A DNA stretch of 64,000 bases, from the NCBI RefSeq assembly GCF_009914755.1, contig NC_060947.1; one strand, 5' to 3'. This DNA comes from the human T2T-CHM13v2.0 reference genome, Homo sapiens. The notes under the pieces are model-generated. The model ran no database searches and was not told the DNA's origin. It worked only from the letters and a program-made list of their open reading frames with translations. Both the position numbers and the translations under genes were made by a program. This document shows, piece by piece, positions 44,547-59,065 of the stretch; within the stretch, counting starts at the first letter, position 1, and every line of letters starts with the position of its first letter.

Positions 44547-45053
44547 TGCATTAATTTTCTAACACTGCTGTAATAAATTACCACAGACTTAGAGGCTTAA
44601 ACCATGCAAATGTATTATAGTTCTGGAGGTCAGAGTTCTGAAGTCCAAAGTGGATCTCATTGGGCTAAAATCAAGGTGTTGACAGAGTTGTATTCCTTAA
44701 TGGAGGTTCTAGGGGAGAATCTGTTTCCTTGTCTTTCTGGTTTCTAGAAGCCACCCACATTCTTTGGCTTATGGCCCCTTTTTCCATCTTCAAGGCCGGC
44801 AATGATCAGCCAAGTCTTTTTCATGTTGTGTCACTCTGACCTCCTCTTCTGCCTCCCTCTTTCGCTTTTAAGGGTCGTTGTGATTACATTAGATGATCCA
44901 GGAAAATCTCTCTATATTATTGTCAACTGATTAGCAAACTTAATTCAATCTGCAGCTTTAATTTCCTTTTGCTGTAGAGCCTATCATAGTCATGGATTCT
45001 GGGGTTTAGGATGTAGACGTATTTTCATGGGGCTGCATTGTACTGCTGCCACA
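44547..45053 (-). mobile_element. MLT1 (C/D-like) LTR
   Basis: aaattaccacagacttag...ttctggaggtcag...ctaggggagaatctgtttcc. Confidence 0.85.
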
Positions 45054-45149
45054 TATGTCAAGTGTTCCAGACTTTTATTGTGCTCATTGGCTGCCCAGAA
45101 TTCCTGACACTAATCTAGGATTGTTACTTTTTAAAAATCTTGTAATATA

Positions 45150-45430
45150 GGCTGGGTGCCGTGGCTCGCGCCTGTAATCCCAGCACTTTGGGAGGCTGAG
45201 GCAGGTGGATCACGAGGTCAGAAGTTTGAGACCAGCCTGGCCAACATGGTGAAACCCCATCTCTACTGAAAATACAAAAATGATCCGGGTGTGGTGGCAG
45301 GCACCTGTAATCTCAGCTACTCGGGAGGCTGAGGCAGAATTCTTCAACCTGGGAGGCGGAGGTTGCAGTGAGCTGAGATCGAGCCACTGCACTCCACCTG
45401 GGCGACAGAGCAAGACTCTGTCTCGGGGGA
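45150..45430 (+). mobile_element. AluS with almost no A tail
   Basis: TSD aaaa(a/g)tcttgtaatata at 45133-45149 and 45431-45447. Confidence 0.95.
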
Positions 45431-45454
45431 AAAAGTCTTGTAATATAATGGATA

Positions 45455-45575
45455 GATAGGAACATGAGACTAGGAGGCAGAAGACCTTGGTTGGAAAATA
45501 GCCTCTCCACTTATGAGCTGTGTGACCTTGGGCAAATCGTTTAAACTCTTAGAGCCTCATCTTCCTTATTCATGA
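45455..45575 (+). mobile_element. MIR
   Basis: agctgtgtgaccttgggcaaatc core. Confidence 0.8.
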
Positions 45576-45893
45576 CCCTTTCCTCTCTCCTCTATCAAAG
45601 CATACTTTTTCTATATTCTTTCTAGCAAGCCTCAACTGAAATCTCAAGTTAATTTGGAAAAATCTAATTCAAGCTAAGATATTAATAAGTGGTAATGGTT
45701 TCATCCATCACCACTCCCTTCCCTCCGACCTGCACACACATATACCCTCTCAAGTAGCATTTATATTTTAGTAGGACAAATTCACCTGGAAGGAAATCAT
45801 TTTATTAGGTGTGCAATGCAAGTAATTGTAGTAGTCTGCTGCCTGCCTCTCAAAGCTGGCTTTATCCCTGACGATTTAAGAAGAAAGTATCTG

Positions 45894-46000
45894 TAGGATG
45901 ACCAGAGGACCTGGTTTACCTAAGATAGTCCCAGTTTATGCCTGTTGCCTCATTTTGCTCTCAAATATCCTGGTTCAGGTCATATTATATGGTCACTTTA
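45894..46000. mobile_element. MER94-like hAT MITE
   Basis: Degenerate TIRs taggatgacca / tggtcacttta. Confidence 0.6.
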
Positions 46001-46227
46001 TTTATTTGGTACTTGTTTATCAATGCCTGCAGTGTATTTATGAAACTTCCTTTCTACCTTTGACTTTAATGAAAGCAGGGGAATTTTAATTACTTTTTAT
46101 AGTTTTTGCTTCTGTAAGTAGCCTAGAATCTGCATACCATGGCTTCTGGGTGGCTATTACTGACTGAGTAATTCCATATTTCACATTTCAGCCATCATTA
46201 TTTTTCCAAGTAAAATTTGTAGACCAC

Positions 46228-46705
46228 CCCTTATGGACTGAATTGTGTCCCTCCCCAACCTCATCAAATTTATATGTTGAAGCCCTAATCTGCAATGTGA
46301 CTGTATTTGGAGATAGGCCCTTTAAAGAAGTAATGAAGGTTAAATGAAGTAATAAGGGTGACTGGAATCCAATAGGACTGGTGTCCTTTTAAGAAGAGGG
46401 TGCATTACCTGGGATGTACAGGAACAGAGATAATACCATGTAGTTTCTATAGCCTCTAAGCTTTCTAGAATTTTTAATGACAACTCCACGTATCTCAAAA
46501 ATAAGCAGGAATTTAATCTTGCTTATTAGGACAAAGCAAGATGACAGCTATCTGCAAGTCAAGGAGAGAGGACTTAAGAGAAACCAAAACTGCCAATACC
46601 GTGATCTTGGACTTCCAACCTCAAAAATTGTGATAAATAAATTTCTGTTGTTAAAATCACCTGTCTGCATTAATTTGCTGTGGCAGCCCTTGCAGACTAA
46701 TACAC
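46228..46705 (+). mobile_element. MLT1 (A/B-like) LTR with an 87-bp insert
   Basis: atggactgaattgtgtccc ... cagactaataca. Confidence 0.88.
46441..46520 (-). repeat. 80-bp inverted copy of 47252-47331
   Basis: Hand alignment gives 72/80 identity, ungapped. Confidence 0.93.
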
Positions 46706-46862
46706 CATCTTTATAGGAATCAGTTAGAGACCTTGTTAAAAATGCAGTTTCCTGAATGCTATCCCAGACTTACTCAGAATTTCTCTGGTAGGGCTCAAGG
46801 AAACAAATGTTTTCCTCAGGCACACTAAACTTGAGAACCACTGAAACAGGGCCTTGCACTAA

Positions 46863-47398
<536 letters not shown>

Positions 47399-47890
47399 TA
47401 GAATTGGCCCTTTAAAAAGGTCATCAGGAAAGCAATTAGAGCTGGGTTTGACCATTGCCCACCTCATACCTTCTTCATTTCCTGGAGATAATTAGCAATA
47501 CTTAGAAATAATACTTTGCCTCTTTCCTTGAGACACTTAAGAAACTTTGACTTTCAAGTCTTCACCTCTGTGGGAAGCACCCTGGATCACACATTTAACC
47601 CTTCTACCTCTAATACAGATGCACTTAGTCCCCAGATATTTAATCCCATCTCAAGAGAGCTAGATTAGGCACAGGGAAGCTAAGAGACATGAACTCAATT
47701 GATAAGCATCTTATTCTATAAAGCTTGAGATGTTCATGCCTCAGAAGTTAGGTGCAACCTAGATGTCAGACTTAGTTATAATTAGTATGAATCCTTGTCA
47801 ATTTCGTGGTCTCTGAAAGTCCAAAGCCTTCCCATAGATCCCTAAAAGTTGAAGTTTTCTCCAAATAATTTACTTGCATAAAGCATTTCT

Positions 47891-48512
<622 letters not shown>

Positions 48513-48778
48513 TGCATAAAGTATTTCTAAGCAAAAAGATTTTACTGAGAGTTTGCAGAGGATATGGAGAACAATTTACATTGCAGCGATGTAGATGACT
48601 TCAACATGTACTATAGGCATCACCATTCTTAACCATCTGTTAGCTACCACAACCATGTGAAGTTTCACTAGCCTGTCATCAAAACCCAGTTTCTGTCTTG
48701 CTAATTCTTTCACATTTCTATTTTAAGATCAAAACAATAATTTTTCTCTCATCTCATTCACAGCGACCACTGCCCATC

Positions 48779-51181
48779 TGTATTAGTCCATTATCACATT
48801 GCTATAAAGAAATATCTGAGACTGGGTGATTTATAAATAAGTGAGTATTAATTGGTTCATGTTTCTGCAGGCTGTGCAGGAAGCATAGGAACATCTGCTT
48901 CTAGGGAGGCCTCAGGAAGCTTCCAGTCATGGCATAAAAACGGAGCAGCCATCTTACATGGCAGGAGCAGGAGCAAGAGAGAGAGTGGGGAGGTGCTACA
49001 CACTTTTAAACAAAAAGATCTTCCTTGTCGTTTAAGAGAACTCCCTATCACAAGGACAGTATTAAGGGGATGACGCTAAACCACTCATAAGAAATCCACC
49101 CCCGTGATCCAATCACTTCCCACCAGAAGCCACTTCTAACATTGGGGATTATAATTCGACATATGATTTGGGCAGGGATAAATATCCAAACTATATCATT
49201 CCACCCCTGGATCCTCCCAAATCTCATATTCTTTTCACATTGCAAAATACAACCATGCCTTCCTAACAGTCCCTCCAAGTCTTAACTCATCCCAGCATTA
49301 ACTCAAAAGTCCAAAGCCTCATGTTAGAAAAGGCAAGGCCTCTCCACCTATGAGCCTGATAAAATAAAGAACAAGTTAGTTATTTCCAAGATAAAATGGA
49401 GATACAGGTATTAGGTAAAAATTCCCATTCCAAAGGGAGAAATTGGTGAAAAGAAAGGGATTGGAGGCCCCATTCAGGTTTGAAACCCAGCAGGGCAATC
49501 ATTAAATCTTACAACTCCAAAATAATCTCCTTTGATGCTGTGTCCCATATCCAGGGCACACTGGTGCAAGGGGTGAGCTCCCAAGGCCTTGAGCTTGCCC
49601 CTGTGGCATTTCAGGGTTGAGGCCCCACGACTGCTTTCATGGGTTGATGTTGAGTGCCTGTGGCTTTTCTGGGCTGAGGGTGCAAGCTACTGGTGGATCT
49701 ATTATTCTGGTATCTGGAGGATAGTAGCCCTCTTCTTACAGCTCCACTAGGCAATGCCCCAGTGGAGATTCTGTGTGGGGGCTCCGACTCCACATTTCCC
49801 CTCTGGCTACCCTAGTAGAGGTCCTCCATGAGGGCTCTGCCCCCACAGAAGCCTTCTGCCTGGACATTAAGGCTTTCCATACATCTTCTTATATCTAGGT
49901 TGAGACTCCCAAGCCTCAACTCTTGCCCTCTGTATACCAGCATGCTTAATACCTTGTGGAAGCTGCCAATGCTTAGGGCTGCACCCTCTGAAGCAGCAAC
50001 CTGAGCCCCTTTGAGCCACAGCTGGAGCTAGAGTTGCTGGGATGCAGTGAGGAGTGTCCAGAGGCTGTGCAGGGCAACCAGGCCCTGGTCCTCATCCAGT
50101 AAACCATTCTTCCTTCCTAAGCCTCCCAGCCTATGATGGGAGGGGCTGCTGTGAATACATCTGAAATGCTTTTGAGGTCTCTTCCCCATTTTCATGGCTA
50201 TTAACACTTGGCTCCTTTTTACTTATGAAAATTTCTGCAGCCTGCTCCATTTCCTCCCCTGAAAATGGACTTTTCTTTTTTACCACATGGCCAGGCTACA
50301 AATTTGCCAAACTTTTATGCTCTGCTTCCCCCTTTAAATATAGGTTCCAGCGTTAGGTCATTTCTTTGATCATGTATATAAGCATAGGTTTTTAGAAGCA
50401 GCCAGACCACATCTTGAATGCTTTGCTACTTAGAAATTTCTTCTGCCAGATACCCTAAATCATCACTCTCAAGTTCAAAGTTCCAGATTCCTAGGGCAGA
50501 GGCACAATATAACCAAGTTCTTGTCAAGGCATAACAAAAGTGACCTTTGCTCCAGTTCCCCTAAAATTTCTCATTTCAATTAGAGACCTGATCAGCCTGG
50601 CCTTCACTGTCCATATCACTATCAGCATTTTGCTGACAATTATTCATCCAGTCTCTAGGAAGTTACAAACTTTCCCTCATCTTCCTGTCCTCTTCTGAGC
50701 CCTCCAAACTTCTTCCAACCTCTGCCCCTCACTCAGTTCCAAAGTTTCTTCCACATTTTCAGGTATCTTTACAGCAATGGTTCACTCCTGGTACTAATTT
50801 TATGTATTAGTCAATTCTTGTATTGCTATCAAAAATACCTGAGACTGGGTAATTTATAAAGAAAAGAGGTTTAATTGGCTTACAGTTCTGAAGGATGTAC
50901 AAGAAGCATAGCAACATCTGCTTCTAGGGAGACCTCAGCGAGCTTCCAATTATAACAGGGGGAACAGACTTCTTACATAGCAGGAGCAGGAGTAAGACAG
51001 AAAGGGAGCAGGGAGGTGTCAGACACTTTTAAACGAGTAGATCTCATGAGGCCTCACTCACTATCACAAGGACAGTACCAAGGTGATGGTGCTAAAGCAT
51101 TAATGAGAAATTCACTCCCATGATCCAATCACTTCCAATTCAACAAGAGATTTGGTGGGGACACAAATCCAAACTATATCA
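48779..51181 (-). mobile_element. Complete MST (ERVL-MaLR) element: LTR 48779-49198, internal region, LTR 50803-51181
   Basis: Both LTRs read tgtattagtc...aactatatca; 5-bp TSD CCATC at 48774-48778 and 51182-51186. Confidence 0.93.
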
Positions 51182-51489
51182 CCATCTTAAGACTTAGGGC
51201 CACCTGGTTACCTAGATATTTTGGGGGGGGAGTGGTTGAGAAAGGTCATTTTCTATCCTTCTACTTTAAACACCAAAGCAGTCTTCCAATCCAAGACAAT
51301 GCCATTCTTGAGAGAAATTCTAGTGATCAAATTTGTCTCCAACTCATTTCATAAAAATGTAATTATTGCTGTTACTGTCATAAAGCAGATATGAATATGG
51401 CATGACTAAGTGAAAAGAATACAATACCAGATGGTGAAGAGAAGAAAACTGTTTTATTGAACTTGACCTGTAAATCCAGAACAAAGCTA

Positions 51490-51810
51490 GGTATTTTATA
51501 TGTGTTGCTTTATTTAGTCCTCACAATAACCATGTGAGGTGTGTCATTATTAGTCCCATATTACAGATGAGAAAAATGAGGACCAGAGAGTTTAAGTGAC
51601 TTCAGCTACTAAAAAGAAACCTTAGTATTTAAATGGAGATTTCTCTGACTTCCAACTTTATGTAATTTTCACTATACTGACACATGCCTCTGAATCTAGA
51701 GTCCGAGATCCAAAGTTCTATTACTAGTGATCCTTGGAAAAGTCATGTTCACTCTGTGAGTTTCACCACCTTATGTGTAAAACAGAAAGGCTGGATGAAA
51801 TGGTTTCTAA
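51490..51810. mobile_element. Two opposite-orientation MIR fragments
   Basis: cccatattacagatgagaaaaatgagg (-); gtgatccttggaaaagtca...tgtaaaacag (+). Confidence 0.7.
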
Positions 51811-51854
51811 GGGCCATTTGCGTACAGAAAATATGACGTTCTGTGAGCTTTCCT

Positions 51855-51965
51855 TATACCACATTTCAAGTGCTCAGTAACCACCTGTGACTAGTGGCCA
51901 CTGTACTGGGAAGCACAAATATAGAACATTAACTTTATCACAGGAAATTCTATTAGACAGTACTC
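51855..51965. mobile_element. MER3-like hAT-Charlie fragment
   Basis: ccacatttcaagtgctcagtaaccac...ttctattagacag. Confidence 0.7.
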
Positions 51966-53499
51966 ACACAATAACAAATGTGTTGAGTGAAAAAGAGGAC
52001 TTAAGATGTTTAAAATTATTTAACAAGAGATTTAGTATGAGAGGCTTTCCTGAGGAGAGGGACATTTGAGTTCAACTTTCAGTCAGAAATAACTAAGCAA
52101 ATATTCCCAGCTGATAACCTTTCTACAGATACTTCCTACTGTGAGGTAATGTGACTCTTGTTGAGTGACAGCTATGAGGTTGTCTAGGATATAAAGGAAC
52201 TTACCTTCTGCCCTCAATGGACCCAACCTTGCCTAGGCAACAGAGAACAGAATAGGGGTAGGTAGGGAGCTCTTTCACATCTGTGCCTGTTAAGGTTAGG
52301 ATGGTAGAACCTGGGACCATGGGAATTATTGTAAATGAACTGCATGTGTTTTGGTGCTTGCTCACATATCTTTTTTTAAATATTGGGAGATCCCAGCCTA
52401 AGTATCAATATTAAGTTTGATAGGACAATAGTATGATTCATATTGATAGAGTGTTCAGACAAAGAGACCAAGCAGAGGAAAAGCTGAGCAGGAGAAAAGC
52501 TGTCTGTTCTTGGGTGCCTGCATTCTGTCAGAAGCTATATGCTCCATGAGCTTCTCTAGTCTGCACTGGAGGGGAGAATGATAGTTAGATATCCAAACAT
52601 CTGTAGGCAGAAAGTTAAGTTCAAATTCACAACCTGGCCAAGATGAAAACTGTGTGGCAATTTGATATATCTTCAAGTTAATTGCCACACAGAATGGATC
52701 TTCCTCTGTCTGTCACCGTCTGCCTCTCTTCTTCTATCTCTATTACCTATCGTTATCATCTATCATGTATCTGTATCAATTCTCCAGAAGTACTAGGCAG
52801 AATCTCCAGTGCTGTACACATCCCAAATCATTGCTTTCTGTATATTCCACTCAGGCCTTGATTCTTTCTCTGAACAGGACTCCATAGAGCAAGGTGTAGG
52901 AACGCCAGGTGCTTTTCTACAGTGCCAATGCCATGACCTAGGAATATTTCATATTTACTTTGCAGAGGAAGAAAACAAAGTCTCCAAAAGATGAATTTCA
53001 CTTGATTGATAGATTATATGATATCACCACAATTGGTCATGTCAGTAAAAATCACCAATTAAAAACTGCATATTAGTATGATAGAAATGGAGGAAAATCA
53101 AATTGATTGCATGAACTTTCCAACATTCAGCCAATTATATTAATATCATGTGAATGTCATGGTATTGCACATGAGAATGACTCAGTTCTCCAAACACTTC
53201 CCAGTTTTTGAACCTTCAGGAACAGCTGTGTCAGCCTCTGCAAATCTGCCATCTGTTTGTCTCACTTGTATATTGAAGTGCTTTTTAATGCCTCCCATTG
53301 CTACTGTTTTCTCTAAGGGAGGGATGATTTGTTTCTGAAGGTGATATTCTCTTTAAAAAGTACTGTTTCTTCCTCTTTGATGTATAATCTTGCTTGTAGC
53401 AGCTCCTCAGAGACCTTGACTCACTAGTTATGGCTAGAATCCAGGTCCTGTCCCTCTCAGTTTTCATTGCATGCTCTGAGCTTTGTCAGAGCCATGCTG

Positions 53500-54020
53500 T
53501 ATTTGATTTATCTCCTGCCAGGATGGTGGCTACATATTCAATCTGTGTGCCAAGTGCTTCTGAGGTTACCTTCCCATATCAGATAATTTAATTTCTCCAT
53601 TTTTAGAAAGCAAAGAGTAAGCTACCTTATTAACTGGAAAGATGCTTATTTGGGGGATGAAATGATCCCTCTGAATCTTAAGAAGAAGCTCATTTTGTTC
53701 CTGAGGTTCAGTTCTCCTTCTTAAAATCTTTCTGCAACTCTCCCATTCCCTACTGCTGTATACATCCTCATATACAGATACACTGACACATACTTCCAAC
53801 TCTTCAAGTTCTGTGAGTTGTTGGAGGCCCAGTTTAAGTCTCCTCTCCTCCATCGATTCTTCTCTAATTAGGAAATCTGAATTGTTTTTTCTCTTCTCCT
53901 GCAGCATCTATTGTCTGCAACACACAATTTAACCTTCACTTATTATACTAACTTGTGCTATCCTCTTTTAATTAGAGAGTAAATTCTTTGAGGGCTCAGT
54001 TCATGTATTACATATTTTCT
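53500..54020 (+). mobile_element. L2 fragment
   Basis: Pyrimidine-rich degenerate L2 3' motifs. Confidence 0.5.
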
Positions 54021-54034
54021 CCTAGTGATTGCTT

Positions 54035-54910
54035 TATTCATTCATCTATTGAACAAACATTTACTGAACACTTTTACATTAGATCTTGTGTTAGGTACTG
54101 ATGCTACAAAGGTGAATACTACAAAGATGAATGAGATATGGTCCCTGCCCTCAAGGAGTACCTGGCCTAGTAGGGGAGATAAACACATAAACATATAAGT
54201 GTAATAATGTACTAGGTACTATAATAAAAGTCAAAATAGGGGACAAAGAAAGCACAAAGAAAGGAGTGAAGGCCAGTTCTACTTGAAGGAGGCAGGAATG
54301 GCTTCATAAAGGAGATGATGATTGATTGAGCTGTGTTTTCAAAGCTTAATCCACATTTACTTGGCAAGAAACAGGTGTGTTCCAAACGGTGAGAGAATCA
54401 GAAGGAAAGTAATAGGAGCTTGAAAAAGTATGAAACGTTAGAGAAACTGTAAGTGGTTTGATACAACTGGAAGGCACTTGGGCGGAGGCGGGTGGTGTAA
54501 CTAGTGAGATCACACTGGAGAGGTATCCGGAATTGGATTATGAAGGGCCTTGTCACGTTAAGAACATTGAACCTTAGGCTGCAGGCAAAGGTGAGCCATT
54601 GTAGAATTTTATACAGAGGAGTTACATGATCTGATCTGTGATTTTAAAAGATTACTCTGATAACATGGAGGCCAATTAGAAGGCTGAAATAATGAGGGAC
54701 TGATAGACTAAGTACCATGGCAGTAGAAATTGAGAGGAAACACAGATTTTAGAGGTATAGAGAGTCAAACTTAACAGGACTTGTGATTGATTGGATAGGA
54801 AGGACCAGGGACAGGGAAAAGAAGTCTGATGAATCTCAGGTTTGTGGTTGGGACCTTTGGGTGGGTGGTGGTGCCACTCATTGATGCAAGAAACAAGGAA
54901 GTAAGCCTTC
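54035..54910 (-). mobile_element. L2 3' region
   Basis: ttcattcatctattgaacaaacatttactgaacac tail; tggtccctgccctcaaggag. Confidence 0.8.
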
Positions 54911-55234
54911 TCCCTAATGGTTCCCCAACCCCCTGCAATCCCATGCAGGTCCATAGTAGGTGCTCAATAAATACATTTATTTAATTTTATTCTATTGAGA
55001 GGAAAATGTCTTGCTTTTTCTTTGTGTCCTGCCATAGTTTATAAGATTTCCAGTAGTTGTAGGGAAATGTCATGGCTTTTTTGTTGCTGCTATCTTGTTC
55101 TCTCTGCAGTTAGATCTGGTTTTTCATTTCTGTGTCTCTAGTGCAGGTCCTGGATTCATTACTCAGCTTGCCTTTTTGTTGTTTTTGTTAGTGCTACACA
55201 CTTCTGATCTTTGTCCATATATATGATTTAATAA

Positions 55235-55440
55235 TAGTAATCACTCACATTTGAACAGTGATTTGGAGTTTACGAGGCATGTTCAAATATGATTATCTCC
55301 TTTGCTCCCTATTACTATACTGTAAAGTAGGCAGTGAAATAGATTTAATTGTGCATGTTTTATAAGTGAAAAGAATTTAGCTAGTGGTGATGTGACCTGT
55401 CAAAGATCACACAGTAGTAAGTAGCATAACTGGGATTCTG
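55235..55440 (-). mobile_element. MIR
   Basis: aataatagtaatcactcacatttg...aaagatcacacag. Confidence 0.6.
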
Positions 55441-56209
55441 ATTGCTTCCATATCCACCATATTTTAATTTTACAATCTTGATCCTCGCCTTGCTCTCTGC
55501 TATCCATGTGCATCCAGACTCCTTATAGCCTGACTGATTTCTACCCTCTGTCTTCTTCTGACCTCTAGTTATTTGCTGTGCTTTAGGTCCACTGTGACCT
55601 TCTGTTTCCAGTAATCTCTCTTGCCTTAGACCTGTACCTTACCTTGCATATCCAGATCTATTTTGGTTCTCCAAGTCCAGGCATCTTGCTCTGTCTCTCC
55701 AGTTCTTTTACTTACAGTCCTCGAAGTGACACAGCAGGACTTGCAGATGGATTTGTGGCACTGGAACTTTTCTTCCCAGGAACATAGGGCGACACCCACC
55801 TTCAGTCTGTTGGAAGGAAATCTGACCTGAAGAAATACAGGGTGTTGGACTATGTTACTTGTAAATTATTTAATTTGTGAATCTGAGCAGTGAAAGATGA
55901 CAGATATAATGAAGAAGGCAAGTTTTCTAACCCACAGCCTGCCCCCTCTCCAGCACAGATCTCTTTTAAGGTTGTCTAGTGAGGTCCATTGTATGAGCTT
56001 CAGTCTCCCTGTGAGCACATGAATCTCTTGACTCAAATGCTTGTGTTTGAGTATTTTGGAGCATTTAATATTCATATGGTAGCAGCAAACATTTAGTATT
56101 CATTATGGTAGCTTTCAAGATTATATAAATTGTTGGTAGATGCCTTCTCAACACTGAAGTAGTTTAATGTGGCTCAGTGGGAGTCAGAGTCCTTAGCACT
56201 TTCGAGTTT

Positions 56210-56480
56210 TGTAGTTGAGTAGCAAGTACTTGTGAAACACCTACTGTGTAACAGGGATGTTATAAACAAACACTTTGCTCTTGAGCCTACCATCTAGTTG
56301 GGAAGATATATTATACATTTGTTGTATCCTGACTGAGCAGTGTACAACACAATTATAAATCTATGCTAGGAAGTTTGGAACAGAAAATGAGATATGAGCA
56401 GAGTTAGTCGAGGAAGCTTCCTAAAAATGATGACATTTGAACTGAGCCTTTAAGAGTGGGTAAGACTTTGAATGCAGAGT
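56210..56480 (-). mobile_element. L2 fragment
   Basis: acacctactgtgt...gacatttgaactgagccttt. Confidence 0.55.
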
Positions 56481-57849
56481 GTGTATGAGTCAGCGTTGAC
56501 GCTGATATTTTGGGATGACAGAATGGCATGATGGAAACCCCATATTTAATTCTTTTTCAAAGAGTATTTTTCTCCATCTCAGGTGACAAGTTCAGGGGGG
56601 CGTGTCAAAGCAGTCTTTCTTAGTGATGCCAGATATTACACCGTAAGTTCCCCCGATTCCATAGTTGGTTCTTTTGCAACATGATTTTAGGCTGTGGTGT
56701 GAACGTAGCCTAGGAGATCCCTTTCTCAAGTCAGGTTTCAACTCCAAATGAAAACTAACTTTGTACTTTTGAGATAATTGTTCTAAGAAGGCAATGCTGC
56801 TGAAACACAGGCTAGAATAGAAAAGTTAACTTTGTGTGGCTCAGAGATGCAATTTTCTCTTCTTCCTTGGCAAAGATGATGCTGTGACTGGGGAGCCTTC
56901 TCAGAGTGACAGATCTGTGTGGGCTGAAGCTCCAGTTTGATCATGAGGGGGTGGGAGATGGAAATTTTTTTTTTCTCTATGATAGGTTCTGATGCAGACA
57001 ACTATATGCTCTGGGAGTTATTGTTGGGGGCCTTGTATGATGTATACCTTGTTTCTCAGTGGAACATTATGTGGCAAACAGCTTCTGAAATGTGTTTTTG
57101 CAAGTGGGGCAGAGGGCACAATGTGATAAGCAGGAGAAATAATAATTTATTGAATAGAACTATTTTTTGCAGCTATGGCCTGTAGAAATGCTGTATCTGT
57201 TATCAAACTTAATTACCTCGCCCCGTGTTCTATTTTTCAAATGTTTTCCTAGATGCTAGGGTAGAATTGAGGTAAGATATTCTATCTTGCAATTTGGGTA
57301 ATTGGAGAGGTATTGTTAAACAAAAATGGGAAAAGATAGTTTACCCTTAGCCAACTGTGAACTTGGCAACATATGTCTGTTAATTTCATACCTTCCTATT
57401 TGTTTTCCCTTTCTCCTCTTAATATTCTCCCGTGGGGAATCTAGAATCCCCCTCTGTTAAGTCTTTAATGTGACCTCAGTGGTGACTTACAGGGAGAGGG
57501 GAGTATGCGTGGGATGCAGTATGCAGGAATGGTGGTAGGACTGCCTCATATAAAGGGCTCTGCCTCAATAATGGTAGGAAGTAGTCCAAACATAAGATCC
57601 TGAAAGTATAGCAGATTCTTGTCCAGTATGGGCTGTTGTGTATGCCCAAGGATAGAAATTGATAGATGGAGTCAATCTGGGCTCCTCTTAGGGGCTCACA
57701 TGTTTTACTGCTGAATAGACAAGGTGCACACATATTATGAAGAGCTAGAAAAAGAATTAAAGTGGAGATTAAGAAAAATAATCTCAAGGACTTGTTCAGG
57801 ATGGATTCAGTGGGAGAGAAATTGGTATCTAGAGGGTAAAAAATTGAAG

Positions 57850-58020
57850 TAGCTAATATGTATTGAGAACTTACTATATGTCAAGCATTTTATATAAAGT
57901 TCTAATTTAATTCTCATAAGCCTATGAGGTAGGTAGTTTTACTACTCACACTTTACATATAGGTAAAGTGAGAATAAGTTGCCTACGGTCAGAGATCTGG
58001 TAAATGATTGAACCATGATC
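57850..58020 (-). mobile_element. MIR
   Basis: tagctaatatgtattgagaacttactatatg...cctatgaggtaggta. Confidence 0.7.
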
Positions 58021-58106
58021 CATTGATTGATTGATTTTTATTGTGGTAAAAACATATAACATAAAATTGACCATCTTAACCAAATACACCCTGAACCAGG
58101 ATTTAT

Positions 58107-58491
58107 TTTATTATTTATTTATTTAACTCATTATTTTTTGATTCACGGGGTACATGTGCAGGTTTGTTACAAGGGTGTATTGCATGATGCTAAGGCTTAC
58201 GCTTCCACTGATCTGTCACCCAGATAGTAAACATAGTACCCAATAGGAAGTTTTTCAGCTCTTTCCCCACTCCCTTCCTCCCTCCTTTTGGAGTCCCTAG
58301 TGTCTATTGTTCCTATCTTTATGTCCATGTGTACTTAATGTTTAGCTCCCACTTATAAATGAGAACATGAGATACTTGGTTTACTGTTTCTGTGTTGGGT
58401 TGCTTAGGATAATCCCTCCAGCTGCATCCATGTTACTGCAAAGGATATGATTTCATTCCTTTTTATGGCTGCATAGTATTCCATGGTGTAC

Positions 58492-58522
<31 letters not shown>

Positions 58523-59065
58523 CGCGCGCGCATGTGTGCGTGTGTTGTGTGTATCACATTTTCCTTATCTAATTCACCATTAATGGGCACTTAGGCTGAT
58601 TCCATGTCTTTGCTTTTGGGAATAGTGTTGCAATAAACATATGCGTTCAGGTTTTGTTTTGGTAGAATGATTTATTTTCCTTTGGGTATATACCCAGTAA
58701 TGGGATTGCTAGGTTGAATGTAGTTCTACTTTTAGTCTTTTGAGAAAATTCCAAACTGCTTTCCACTGTGGCTGAACTAATTTATATTCCCACCAATGGT
58801 GTATAATTGTTCCCTTTTCTCCACAGAGACACCAACTTCTGTTATTTTCTGACTTTTTAATAATAGCCATTCTGACTGCTGTGGCATGGTCTCTCATTGC
58901 AGTTCTGATTTTCATTTCTCTGATGATTAGTGATGTTGAGCATTTTTTCATATGCTTGCTGGCCTCTTGCATGTCTTCATTTGAGAAGTGTCTGTTCATG
59001 TCCTTTGACTACTTTTTAATGAGGTTCTTTTTCTCCTTTTTGACTTGTTAAGTTCCTTATAGATT
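58107..59065 (-). mobile_element. 5'-truncated L1PA (PA13-16-like)
   Basis: Perfect 16-bp TSD ctgaaccaggatttat at 58091-58106 and 59066-59081; ORF 58709-58999 is the ORF2 C-terminus. Confidence 0.92.
58491..58545. repeat. (GT)n(CG)8 alternating purine-pyrimidine tract
   Basis: Direct inspection. Confidence 0.95.
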
